IMG/VR virus record: IMGVR_UViG_3300003702_000001
Span: 2,160-66,159 of that record
Origin: a virus
Taxonomy: Duplodnaviria; Caudoviricetes
DNA length: 64,000 nt
Direction: 5' to 3' (one strand)
Every line of letters starts with the position of its first letter. The stretch's first letter is position 1. Below, one piece after another: positions 27,673 through 37,280 of the stretch. Under the pieces are notes generated by a model that ran no database searches, was not told the origin of the DNA, and worked only from the letters and a program-made list of their open reading frames with translations. Both the position numbers and the translations under genes were made by a program.

Positions 27673-29559
27673 ATGAAGATGGATAACCCCACAAAAGTAT
27701 TATCAGATTATAATGTATTTACAAAGTACGCTAAATATATATCCTCAGAAAATAGAAGAGAAACTTGGATAGAATCATGCGAAAGAAATATGAATATGCA
27801 TCTCAAAAAATATGCAGATAATGAAAAATTGTGTAATGAGATTAAAAAGGTATATGCTAATTTTGTAATGACTAAGAAAGTATTGCCTTCTATGCGGTCA
27901 ATGCAATTTGCAGGAAGACCTATTGAATTATCCCCCAATAGAGTATATAACTGTGCTTATATGCCAGTAGATTCTGTAGAGTGTTTTTCAGAAGCAATGT
28001 TTCTTCTTTTAGGAGGAACGGGAGTAGGTTACTCAGTTCAACGCCATCATATTGATGAACTACCTGAAATAAAGAAACCTAATCCAATAAAATTCAGAAG
28101 AATATTAATCAGCGATTCTATTGAAGGTTGGGCTGATGCAGTTAAGGTATTATTTGAGTCCTACTTTGGACACAGAACTTCCTCTCCTAATTTTGATTAT
28201 GGGGATATTAGATTAAAGGGTTCCAGATTAAAGACTAGTGGCGGAAAAGCCCCCGGCCCTGCACCATTAAGAATTGCTTTAGTTAAAATAGAAACAATGC
28301 TTCTTGAAAAGAGAGAAGGAGACCAACTAACGCCAATAGAATGTCATGATATTATGTGCCATGTTGCTGACGCTGTATTATCTGGTGGCATTCGTAGGGC
28401 CGCTTTAATCTCATTATTTAGTGTTGATGACTTAGAAATGATTAATGCTAAATCTGGCGATTGGGATAAGTTACATCCTCATAGAGCAAGAGCGAATAAT
28501 TCTGCAGTCATTATAAGACACAGAATCAAAAGAGGATTCTTTGATGAATTATGGAAGAGGATTAAAGCAAACAGTATGGTAAGTGGTTCCGGTGAGCCGG
28601 GCATTTACTTTTCAAATGACAAAGATTGGGGAACTAATCCTTGTTGCGAAATAGCATTAAGGCCATACCAATTCTGCAATTTAACTGAATGCAATGTATC
28701 CAATGTTGAGAATCAACACGATTTAGAAGACAGAGTGAAAGCGGCCACATTTCTAGGAACTCTACAGGCTTCCTATACAGATTTCCACTATTTGCGAGAG
28801 GTATGGCGTAAGACTACAGAGAAAGATGCCCTTTTAGGTGTGTCCATGACGGGAATCGCTAGTAATAAGGTCACTTTGTTAGACATTGAACAGGCAGTCA
28901 TAGTAGCAAAGAATGAAAATGAACGGGTTGCAGAAATATTGGGCATTAATAATGCCGCAAGATTGACCTGTGTTAAACCATCGGGAACAGCAAGTTGTGT
29001 TTTAGGAACCTCATCAGGAATACACGCTTGGTTTGCACCCTATTATATTCGTAGAGTTAGAATGAATAAGATGGAAGATGTATATAATTACTTACTAGAA
29101 AATGTTCCTGAATTAATAGAAGACGATTATTTCGTGGCTTCTGATGCTGTCTTCTCTATACCACAGAAAGCACCAAATGGCGACATTATTACAAGAAAAG
29201 AATCGGCTATTCATTTACTAGAGAGAGTTAAGAGATTCGCTATACGATGGGTGGATAAAGGACACAAAGATGGAATGAATTCACATAATGTTTCGGCAAC
29301 TATAAATATAAAAGAGGGTGAATGGGACACAGTAGGTCAATGGATGTGGATGAATAGACACTATTATAATGGCCTCGCTGTTATGGCTCATGATGGAGGC
29401 AATTATCCCCAACTTCCCTTTGAAGAGATAACTAAATCTGAATACAATAAAATGTGCGGAAAGTTAAGTCTACTTGATTTTAGTCAAGTAGTGGAAACAG
29501 ATGACAATACTGATTTCAAAGATGACCCCGCCTGTGTTGGTGGCTACTGTGATATCTAA
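27673..29559 (+). CDS. nrdJ: Class II (B12-dependent) ribonucleotide reductase, no ATP cone
   Basis: YNCAY, TNPCCEI, CNLTE, TCVKPSGT, C-terminal CVGGYCDI; no NrdB in the window. Confidence 0.92.
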   Translation: MKMDNPTKVLSDYNVFTKYAKYISSENRRETWIESCERNMNMHLKKYADNEKLCNEIKKVYANFVMTKKVLPSMRSMQFAGRPIELSPNRVYNCAYMPVDSVECFSEAMFLLLGGTGVGYSVQRHHIDELPEIKKPNPIKFRRILISDSIEGWADAVKVLFESYFGHRTSSPNFDYGDIRLKGSRLKTSGGKAPGPAPLRIALVKIETMLLEKREGDQLTPIECHDIMCHVADAVLSGGIRRAALISLFSVDDLEMINAKSGDWDKLHPHRARANNSAVIIRHRIKRGFFDELWKRIKANSMVSGSGEPGIYFSNDKDWGTNPCCEIALRPYQFCNLTECNVSNVENQHDLEDRVKAATFLGTLQASYTDFHYLREVWRKTTEKDALLGVSMTGIASNKVTLLDIEQAVIVAKNENERVAEILGINNAARLTCVKPSGTASCVLGTSSGIHAWFAPYYIRRVRMNKMEDVYNYLLENVPELIEDDYFVASDAVFSIPQKAPNGDIITRKESAIHLLERVKRFAIRWVDKGHKDGMNSHNVSATINIKEGEWDTVGQWMWMNRHYYNGLAVMAHDGGNYPQLPFEEITKSEYNKMCGKLSLLDFSQVVETDDNTDFKDDPACVGGYCDI

Positions 29560-29839
29560 ATTAAATAACAAGGAATTATTCTACATTAGAAAAGAAGTAT
29601 TAGACTTATTCACTGGTGCTAGGGCAGAAGCGGGCTACAAAGATAATATCAATCGTAGGTATGAAAGATTGATAGATGGAGAAATAGCCACAAAGCAAAT
29701 CATAGCCTTTTTAAGAAGGTCACTAGCAGATGCTCATATTTGTTCTAGAAAGGAAGCAATTACCTTCCTAAAAGATATATACCATCAAAAGAAATATTAC
29801 GAGAGAAATTCAGAAGAAGAGAAAATATGGAAGAGGTAA
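29501..29839 (+). CDS. Hypothetical protein
   Basis: ORF track; true start probably near 29549. Confidence 0.6.
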   Translation: MTILISKMTPPVLVATVISKLNNKELFYIRKEVLDLFTGARAEAGYKDNINRRYERLIDGEIATKQIIAFLRRSLADAHICSRKEAITFLKDIYHQKKYYERNSEEEKIWKR

Positions 29840-31143
29840 TTAAAATGAAAGTAAAAATATTAATCCCCACGCCTGATGATTCTAGGCACAAATATTCAAC
29901 GAGTTTTTTGTTCAGAACTACAAACACAATGTATAGTTATAAAACCAGATTAAATAAGTTTGGAGAATATGTTATCGGTATAGAATCTGTAGATAGATAC
30001 AAAGATTCTTTAGACCCAACTTATTCTGTTATTGAAGATGCTTTAAAAGTTCATTTGTTTCCAACACATTTAAGATGGAATAATTCATCAGATAACATGA
30101 CAGGAATCCTAACTTTTAGATATAAAGATGGCGACTCAACTGTAGTATTTCAAAAGAGTAAACCCCACTTCTTTTTAAATGGGGCTAGACAGAATAAATC
30201 TATTGTATTAGGAAATATAGCAAGGATTATATTTCGTTCTTGCTTTGAGAGAAGCAGTAGAACTATGGACAAATATATAAGTAGACTATTACTGTTTCCT
30301 CCTAATGTTACTCATGCTATAGAAAATAGAACCTCCTATAATTTTTGGTTAGAAGGTAAAAAATATGAAGTTAGATTAACTACGAAACCTATTTCAGATG
30401 TTGAGTGTGCATTAGAAATATCTGATGGTATATGGGCTCCTATAAAAGTAAATGATTTAAATGGGTTTATTAATTTCCATAGATTTGATAAAAGAAGGTC
30501 ACAAAGATGGGGAATATCTCCTAAATATTTATGGGCTAATTTAATTGGTAGCCCACCAACAATGGCACAAGAGAAATTAATGATAGAATTTCTTAAACAA
30601 AATAGAACTCAAGACATTGTAGAAGATAGAGCAAACCAACTTCTTTCAGAATTAGAAGAAGAATATCCTAATAGAATTATAATGTTCGATTTCCCTGCGG
30701 TCAAAGCAAGGGACAAAGATAAGAATTCTACAGATGAATCTTTACAGGCCATGTTTGTTCGTGGTAAAATATGTGATTGGATTATTATTGATAACCAATA
30801 TAAAAGTAATATCCAAAGAGTTTCTACTTATTTGTATCTCACCATAGATAATGGTAATGGTAGAGCAGGTAGAGAAAGAATACCTTTTGATGATGGACAT
30901 TTAGTTGGCCCGATTTGCATAGATAATATTCATCGTAATTCTAGTAAAGGTGACCAATTTGCCGCAAGAGCAATGGCACTACTAAATGATAGTATGACTG
31001 TGGCAATGGTTCATACAATTAAATCGTATATTCCTCAAGATATTTTAGACAGAAAAATAGAGTGCAGAATAAATTCATTGTACCCGAAAGGAATGAAAAT
31101 AAAAAATGGTGATAATAATGATAGAAGTATGTTGGGAATGTAA
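29827..31143 (+). CDS. Hypothetical protein with candidate C-terminal E2/UBC-like domain
   Basis: GPICIDNI...ALLND resembles the UBC catalytic segment GxICLDIL...SLLxD; HPN motif absent. Confidence 0.5.
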   Translation: MEEVIKMKVKILIPTPDDSRHKYSTSFLFRTTNTMYSYKTRLNKFGEYVIGIESVDRYKDSLDPTYSVIEDALKVHLFPTHLRWNNSSDNMTGILTFRYKDGDSTVVFQKSKPHFFLNGARQNKSIVLGNIARIIFRSCFERSSRTMDKYISRLLLFPPNVTHAIENRTSYNFWLEGKKYEVRLTTKPISDVECALEISDGIWAPIKVNDLNGFINFHRFDKRRSQRWGISPKYLWANLIGSPPTMAQEKLMIEFLKQNRTQDIVEDRANQLLSELEEEYPNRIIMFDFPAVKARDKDKNSTDESLQAMFVRGKICDWIIIDNQYKSNIQRVSTYLYLTIDNGNGRAGRERIPFDDGHLVGPICIDNIHRNSSKGDQFAARAMALLNDSMTVAMVHTIKSYIPQDILDRKIECRINSLYPKGMKIKNGDNNDRSMLGM

Positions 31144-32017
31144 ATCAACAAGTATAACTTACGAAGAAAGATTAGGCGAAACAATCTGTGATACATGTGG
31201 TTTAGTTTTAGTTCAGAATGCCTTGGAAGAAACAATATCCCTTCCATTGGCTGAAAAGAAGACTGCTAACTATTTAGGAAGAACAAACTCTTCCTTTAAT
31301 TTAGGGTCAATGATATTTATATCAGACTTAAACTCTAAGAAATCAAGAACTTTGTACAATACTCAAAGATGGAATCAGATAGAATCTCCTAGTGATAAGA
31401 AAATGATAAAACTATGTAATATGGCTCTATCTAATTATAATGTTCAATATGAAATTAAAGCGCGAGTTCCTCGTTACTATAAGATACTTCAAGGAAAATA
31501 TGCTTTGAGGGGAGTATCACTTGATATTAGGGCGGCGGCTCTAACTTATTATATTGTTAAAGAAATAGGTATTGCTACTACCATAAAAAGACATGCTCAC
31601 TACACTAGGGTCACTGAAAAGGAAATTTCAAAGAACGCTAAAGTAATAGCAACAATTCTAGGCAAGCCTTGGATATTTGCTCAAGTTAATGTTGAGGGTT
31701 TAGTAGATAATGTAGGTCATAATTTATCTTGTACGGATTCAGAATACCTTGGTAATGTTAAAATACTAGCCCACCAAGTAAATGAGATATTAGATATACA
31801 TTGTGAAAGACTTACTGCCGCATATTTAGCGGCATGTTTTTATTTAGTTTCTATCTTTCAAAGAAAACGATATTCTCAGGTGCGACTTGCTCGCGCTAGT
31901 GGAACAACAGAAGTATCATTAAGAAGTAACATGAAGAAATTACTAATTAAATATGGCACTAAAAAGGAAAGATTATACTATCTAACCCTAGAAGAATTTA
32001 TGGATGGAGTAAGATGA
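31106..32017 (+). CDS. tfb: Transcription initiation factor IIB (TFB) homolog
   Basis: Zn ribbon CWEC...GETICDTCGLV; two cyclin-like repeats (AAALTY, AACFYL, TTEVSLR). Confidence 0.85.
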   Translation: MVIIMIEVCWECKSTSITYEERLGETICDTCGLVLVQNALEETISLPLAEKKTANYLGRTNSSFNLGSMIFISDLNSKKSRTLYNTQRWNQIESPSDKKMIKLCNMALSNYNVQYEIKARVPRYYKILQGKYALRGVSLDIRAAALTYYIVKEIGIATTIKRHAHYTRVTEKEISKNAKVIATILGKPWIFAQVNVEGLVDNVGHNLSCTDSEYLGNVKILAHQVNEILDIHCERLTAAYLAACFYLVSIFQRKRYSQVRLARASGTTEVSLRSNMKKLLIKYGTKKERLYYLTLEEFMDGVR

Positions 32018-32589
32018 GAAGAAAGATATTGATTATAGGAGCCGGAGGAATAGGTAGTCATTTAGTACAGTTTCTATCTAAGGTACAGGAATACCGTATC
32101 GTTATTGCTGACTCTGATTCATACGAGAAAGACCAAGAACGCTATCAAAACTGCTATCCTAGAGATTGGGGTATAAACAAAGCAAAAGTAATGGCTAGTC
32201 ATTATACTGAGGTTACCCCCATTGAATATGATATATTGACAGATAAGCAACTTAAGGGGTATGATTTAGTTATTTGTTGTGCCGATAATTTAGATGTAAG
32301 ACGCTTAGTTTATAGGCAGGGGCATGGTAGCCATAGTAAGGTGAAGTGGTTAGACCTTAGAGCGCAAGGACGAAACGGTATATTAATCTCACATTTAATT
32401 AACCCCTCATTAACAGATGCTTTCTTAGAAGGCCCCGAAGGTTCATTCTCTTGCCAAGCAGAAAGTTGGGATGGCAAATCTAAAAATATAGATATGTTAC
32501 ACATAGTTATGGCTAGTATTGGCGCACAATGGATTCAGAAGTGGTTTAATAAAGAAGAAGTGAATGAGTATGTGGTGATGAATGTATGA
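32014..32589 (+). CDS. E1-like ThiF/MoeB-family activating enzyme
   Basis: IIGAGGIGS, ADSD, NKAKV, DLVICCADNLDVR; candidate catalytic Cys in SFSCQ; no Zn-binding CxxC pairs. Confidence 0.9.
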   Translation: MRRKILIIGAGGIGSHLVQFLSKVQEYRIVIADSDSYEKDQERYQNCYPRDWGINKAKVMASHYTEVTPIEYDILTDKQLKGYDLVICCADNLDVRRLVYRQGHGSHSKVKWLDLRAQGRNGILISHLINPSLTDAFLEGPEGSFSCQAESWDGKSKNIDMLHIVMASIGAQWIQKWFNKEEVNEYVVMNV

Positions 32590-32828
32590 GTGAAGAGGAA
32601 GATGAAGATATAGAATTCACAGATGATGATGTTGGTGAGATATTTAATACTATTACTAAGGATGGAGTTTATACCCGCGCAGAAATAGTTAAGTTAACTT
32701 GTCCTGCTTGCGGAGAATCATTTATAGGAACTAAAAGACACGCGGGTGGTTTTATTGCAGGACATAAAGCATATCATGAATTTGTTAATGAAGAAGATGT
32801 TTTGGTTCAATCAATGGGGGGAGCCTAA
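32586..32828 (+). CDS. Small acidic C2H2-type zinc-finger protein ending GGA
   Basis: CPACG...HKAYH; C-terminus QSMGGA. Confidence 0.7.
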   Translation: MSEEEDEDIEFTDDDVGEIFNTITKDGVYTRAEIVKLTCPACGESFIGTKRHAGGFIAGHKAYHEFVNEEDVLVQSMGGA

Positions 32829-32829
32829 G

Positions 32830-33174
32830 ATGGTAGATTGGACAATTCCTGATAAATTAAAAATAAAAGATGAAGATGTTGAATTATCCCCACCTAGTGA
32901 AGCAATAGGAAAACTGGGGGGTGACCCAATAGAAAATATTCCAGTATCTATTCCTAGTGAAATAACTAATTGGACAAATGAATACCCTACTGAATTTGGT
33001 ATAACTTCTTTTAGACGAGATAAGATATTAGGAGTAACCGATACTAGCAAGAGTATATTAGTTCATATGATTAATGGACATACATATACTATAACAATAA
33101 GGGAGAGCATAATTCCATTCTTTAACAGGGATGGATTAACTACATCAGATGTGTTAACCGATTTGAAAAGGTGA
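32830..33174 (+). CDS. Hypothetical protein
   Basis: Start reset to MVDWTIP, just after the ZnF stop. Confidence 0.6.
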   Translation: MVDWTIPDKLKIKDEDVELSPPSEAIGKLGGDPIENIPVSIPSEITNWTNEYPTEFGITSFRRDKILGVTDTSKSILVHMINGHTYTITIRESIIPFFNRDGLTTSDVLTDLKR

Positions 33175-33261
33175 TAAAATGAAATTAGCAAAATTAATAA
33201 GTGGTAGTAAACTAATAAATTGGTTGATGAAATATAATGATATGCTATTAGTAGTAGCAGT

Positions 33262-33480
33262 ATGTATAATTATTGCAAGTGTATGGGTGGTTTCGTCATG
33301 ATTCCTGAAACAGTAATTTTGAGAGAAGAAACAGAAGCAGAAAAACAACATAAAAGAATTCTTGCTACTATGAAAAGAACAAATAATCTAAGAGAATGGC
33401 ATAAACAAAACAATAAATATATTTTAATAGTAACATTTTCTTTAATATTCACTATAGTATTATTATGGGTGAGTGCATGA
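33262..33480 (+). CDS. Small protein with C-terminal TM helix
   Basis: YILIVTFSLIFTIVLLWV. Confidence 0.55.
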   Translation: MYNYCKCMGGFVMIPETVILREETEAEKQHKRILATMKRTNNLREWHKQNNKYILIVTFSLIFTIVLLWVSA

Positions 33481-33986
33481 GTGAAGACACAGTAACACAA
33501 GTGGTTAAAATGGATAAAGAAGAATTTGATATGACGAATGAAGATTGGAAAGAATCTATTTCTCAGTTATGGGAAATATGTAAAGAAGATATGCTTTGGG
33601 TTTATCCCAATGCTGAGACTGAGGCTTTTCTCAGTCAAATATGGAAACAATCGCTTGAAGCATTTGATAAACCTAGAGAAGTTCAGATTGTTATAGATGC
33701 AAAGAATGATATTTATATGAGTGTGGGGTCGGCAAGTTTTGTGTCGTTCCTAAATCAAGATAAAAACTTAGGAGGAATGAAACTTCCTATTAAAAGTTGG
33801 ATTCATACTCATCCATTTGGTATGGCTTACTTCAGTGGAACAGATTGGTCAACCATTAATACATGGAAAGGAGAATTAGAGTCAGCAATTGTATTGGGTG
33901 ATGCTCAATACCTTGCTTATGATTGTGAGAGTCAAATCGCCAAGCGAATTGAATATGGAATATATAATAGAGGTGAAGAAGAATGA
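33465..33986 (+). CDS. JAB/MPN+ metallo-isopeptidase
   Basis: REVQ...WIHTHPFGMAYFSGTD (E...HxH-x7-SxxD). Confidence 0.9.
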   Translation: MGECMSEDTVTQVVKMDKEEFDMTNEDWKESISQLWEICKEDMLWVYPNAETEAFLSQIWKQSLEAFDKPREVQIVIDAKNDIYMSVGSASFVSFLNQDKNLGGMKLPIKSWIHTHPFGMAYFSGTDWSTINTWKGELESAIVLGDAQYLAYDCESQIAKRIEYGIYNRGEEE

Positions 33987-34092
33987 TAAACGGAAGATTA
34001 ATGTGGGTAGGCCCATTTAGAAATAATAAAGAACGCGATAATGCAATAGAAGAATTGCAAGAATTGGTTAAGAAACTAATGAAGGTGGTTGA

Positions 34093-34614
34093 ATGATGAA
34101 GAAAGTTATGGTGCTGTTAATCACAGCAAGTTTGATGGCAGGTTGTGCTGATGTAATACCCGACCCCGAAGGATGGTTGGGTGATGATGAAGTTGATGAA
34201 CCAGATTGGATAACAGAAGTAGGTGAAATTACAGTTATGTATAATGCAACATCAATAGTTAATGTAACAGTTGAGGTTGTTGGTGAGAATAATACAACAA
34301 CTAATCAAACTACTACAATGGAAGTAGTGGTTCCCGACCCGGTTGTATGGATTGATACTAATGCAACATATGGTTGGCTAGAGGTGAACGCAATTAATTA
34401 TACTGCAACGCATCTTAGTTTTGAAATTGTTAATAATACAGTAATTTTTAATAACTATAGTTTTGATGTTGCCGCTTACTTAGTGCAAGATAGTTATAAA
34501 TGGAGTAGTGGATTTGCCCCCGAATTAGGTAATGCTACTTTGTATGTGCCGTCTTTCCCCTTTGATATTACAATTAACTACACAGTGACTTACAGGGTTT
34601 GGAATGGTAGATGA
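34093..34614 (+). CDS. Lipoprotein with dense N-glycosylation sequons
   Basis: Signal peptide with lipobox LMAG-C; 11 N-x-S/T sites. Confidence 0.8.
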   Translation: MMKKVMVLLITASLMAGCADVIPDPEGWLGDDEVDEPDWITEVGEITVMYNATSIVNVTVEVVGENNTTTNQTTTMEVVVPDPVVWIDTNATYGWLEVNAINYTATHLSFEIVNNTVIFNNYSFDVAAYLVQDSYKWSSGFAPELGNATLYVPSFPFDITINYTVTYRVWNGR

Positions 34615-35009
34615 AACCTACTATTACCATAAGGTTTCCTGCCCCACTACCGGCAGAAATACCTTGTCCTATTTGTGATGGTAATAAATGTAAAGTCTGT
34701 GATAAAACAGGCAGAATGCGATTAACAGTAGATGCTAAGGTTCCCATTCAACGGGCTTTAATTATAAAGTATGTTGCTGAAAACTTAGAAACGATAGCAC
34801 CATTATTGACTAAACAATATGGCTTATCTCCTGATGTAGAAACAGAAGAAGTTGTAGATGTTGGCGAAGGTCAATATGAAATTGTTAGAATTAGTAGTTT
34901 AGGTGGAGCAATTTGGATAGCCAATAGGTTAGATGAATTAGAATCTCCTAGATATTTCAAATCGTTAAAAGAACTCACGCGTTTTAGAGGTGGTTGGATT
35001 GAAGAATGA
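34611..35009 (+). CDS. Zn-finger protein (DnaJ-like CxxC...CxxCxxxG)
   Basis: CPICDGNKCKVCDKTG. Confidence 0.7.
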   Translation: MKPTITIRFPAPLPAEIPCPICDGNKCKVCDKTGRMRLTVDAKVPIQRALIIKYVAENLETIAPLLTKQYGLSPDVETEEVVDVGEGQYEIVRISSLGGAIWIANRLDELESPRYFKSLKELTRFRGGWIEE

Positions 35010-35253
35010 AAGAATAATAGTTAGAATACCTAGAAGTGCATCTACGGAATTACTTGTTATTACAGGTAATTATTGGAATGTAGATGTATTAGACATACGA
35101 TGGCACACTGATGGTAGACCAACTAGAAAAGGAGTGAGAATGAATATGCAAGAAGCAGTCACAGTTAGACAAGCAATAACAAGAGCAATTCAAGGTGAAG
35201 AAAATGATAATATCAATACGAATGATGAAGAAAGAATTGAAGAAGATGATTAA
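34990..35253 (+). CDS. PC4/YdbC-like ssDNA-binding protein
   Basis: VLDIRWH..GRPTRKGVRM. Confidence 0.8.
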   Translation: MVGLKNERIIVRIPRSASTELLVITGNYWNVDVLDIRWHTDGRPTRKGVRMNMQEAVTVRQAITRAIQGEENDNINTNDEERIEEDD

Positions 35254-35425
35254 AGAAGGCACTTATATTAGTGCAGACACTTATCCTAGAATGGAAAAAT
35301 ATATGAATTTTCAATTGACTAAGTTGGTTAAGGGAATTCAAGAAGAATTTAAATTAAGTGGTGATAGAAAGATTACTCAAGTCCATGTAGATAGAGCAGT
35401 CTTTAAATTAGTAACGGAGGAATAA
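35195..35425 (+). CDS. Histone-fold protein 1
   Basis: MIKE..YISAD...SGDRKITQVHVDRAV aligns by eye with HMf IIKD..RVSDD...AGRKTIKAEDIELAV. Confidence 0.6.
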   Translation: MKKMIISIRMMKKELKKMIKEGTYISADTYPRMEKYMNFQLTKLVKGIQEEFKLSGDRKITQVHVDRAVFKLVTEE

Positions 35426-35427
35426 TA

Positions 35428-35751
35428 ATGAAAAGAATATTACAAAAACCATCTCATGAAGAAAGACACCCCAATGATAAAAACAAAAGAAACTATGATA
35501 AGGGTATTAATTTTGTTAAAGGTAAAGCGAAGATAAAAACACATAATCTAAGATTAGTTTTTGCATGGTCAACAATATATAATGTGCTGGAAGTTGGTGA
35601 TGTTTGTCCCAAGTGTGAAAGAAAAGGAAAGAAAGGTATTATAATATGGAAGGGAGAAACCAAATACAGACCTCTTCATCCTAGATGTAATAATGGATGT
35701 TTACTAATTTATACTGGGGAAGAATCACTAGTAATAGAGGAAGAAGAATGA
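35428..35751 (+). CDS. Hypothetical basic Zn-ribbon protein
   Basis: CPKC...RCNNGC. Confidence 0.6.
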   Translation: MKRILQKPSHEERHPNDKNKRNYDKGINFVKGKAKIKTHNLRLVFAWSTIYNVLEVGDVCPKCERKGKKGIIIWKGETKYRPLHPRCNNGCLLIYTGEESLVIEEEE

Positions 35752-37280
35752 CTCTAGCAAAATTCGCTACGATGTGCGAACTACTTGAATTTGAAACACC
35801 TACTAGAAAGGCTCAGATAATCTCTGAGAATTTAAGTTCTTTTGAAGACAAAGCACAAATTATAGAAATCTTATCCTTAGAATTATTACCAAATAATATT
35901 GGAGGATTAAGAGCAATAAAATGGGCGGCTAGTGCATTAGGTTTATTTGAAGATGAAGTAGAAACATCTGTATCTATGTGGGGTGATTTAGGTGAAGGCA
36001 TGTTTCAATATTATGATGGAGATAATGTTCACTCAGATATGAATATGAATTTGTTTAGGGCTATGTTACAAAAGGACTGTTCTTCAATACATGCCCCACA
36101 ATATAGAGTTTTTGCAGAAAGACTATGTAAAATGTCTGCTGTAGAAAAGAAATGGTTTTTACGCTATTGGCTACGCAAGCCTAGAAATGGAGTAAATAAT
36201 AAGATACCTCTTAAGGCAATGGCTGTGCATTTCAAAGTAGAATACAAAGATATAGTGAAGTGGCATCAGTATAATACAGCATCAGATATTTGTAGTGAAT
36301 TAGAAGAGGGAAACATACCTGAATCTAAATTAGTTCATGGACAGTTTGTTAATCCAATGCTGGCTAAGGCTCGCAAAGGAAAGGAAAGGCCAACGAATTA
36401 CATTGTTGATATTAAGTATGATGGTAATAGGTATCAGATTCACAAAGAAGGAGAGTCAGTAATCATATTCAATAGAAAGGGTAAGATTGTATCAGACCAA
36501 TATCCTGATGTTGTAGATATAGTAAGTGATTTTAAAGTGTCTAGTGTTATTCTTGATACAGAAATCTATCCTGTAAATCCTGATGGTTCTCCTGCACCCC
36601 ACAAATTATTGGGGAAAAGAGTTCATAAGAAAGATAAGGGAGAAGCAGTTAGAGAATGCCCGGTTAAAATGGTAGCCTTTGATTGTCTATCAATGAAGGG
36701 TGTTCCATTGATAGAAAACCCTTTATCATATAGAATAGCATATTTGACTGCAATTCCTGAAGAATATCAGGCTGAAACTTTTGATGACCATACAATTCAA
36801 TCAGCATACAATATTGCTATTAGTAGAGGATTTGAAGGAATAATGATTAAGGATGCTAATGCTCTCTATCATGCTGGAAAAAGGTCTAAGGCTTGGTTAA
36901 AGTATAAGCCCCCAAGAATTTCTTTAGATGTTGTTATCACTTCTGCCAAATATGGTGAAGGAAAGAGACATGATGTTTTTGGTACTTATGGTATTTCCGT
37001 AATAGATGGAAGTGATTATGTATCAGTTGGTTCTGTTGGGACCGGATTTTCTGATTCTGATTTAACTCTATTGACTACTGACTTAAGAAAGATTGTAGAA
37101 TCTTATGAGAAAGACACATTTCATTTCTTACCTAGAGTAGTTCTAGAAGTTACTGCTGATTTAGTATCTACAGATGACGACGGTAATATAGGACTTAGAT
37201 TTCCTAGGGCTGTAAGAGTAAGAGAAGATAAGTATGCTAAAGAAGCCGATACCCTACAAACTGTTAGAGAGATGATGTAA
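35748..37280 (+). CDS. lig: ATP-dependent DNA ligase
   Basis: KYDG (motif I), DTEI, AFDCL, EGIMIK, WLKYK, LRFPR; start reset to MTLAKF. Confidence 0.95.
   Translation: MTLAKFATMCELLEFETPTRKAQIISENLSSFEDKAQIIEILSLELLPNNIGGLRAIKWAASALGLFEDEVETSVSMWGDLGEGMFQYYDGDNVHSDMNMNLFRAMLQKDCSSIHAPQYRVFAERLCKMSAVEKKWFLRYWLRKPRNGVNNKIPLKAMAVHFKVEYKDIVKWHQYNTASDICSELEEGNIPESKLVHGQFVNPMLAKARKGKERPTNYIVDIKYDGNRYQIHKEGESVIIFNRKGKIVSDQYPDVVDIVSDFKVSSVILDTEIYPVNPDGSPAPHKLLGKRVHKKDKGEAVRECPVKMVAFDCLSMKGVPLIENPLSYRIAYLTAIPEEYQAETFDDHTIQSAYNIAISRGFEGIMIKDANALYHAGKRSKAWLKYKPPRISLDVVITSAKYGEGKRHDVFGTYGISVIDGSDYVSVGSVGTGFSDSDLTLLTTDLRKIVESYEKDTFHFLPRVVLEVTADLVSTDDDGNIGLRFPRAVRVREDKYAKEADTLQTVREMM

Noticed and set aside
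32014-32589. ThiF/MoeB as a thiamine or molybdopterin biosynthesis gene
   Set aside because: No thiG, moaE, sulfurtransferase or tRNA thiolase occurs in the window, the Zn CxxC pairs are absent, and JAB and E2-like genes are nearby. It is not fully excluded, because the rest of the genome is unseen.
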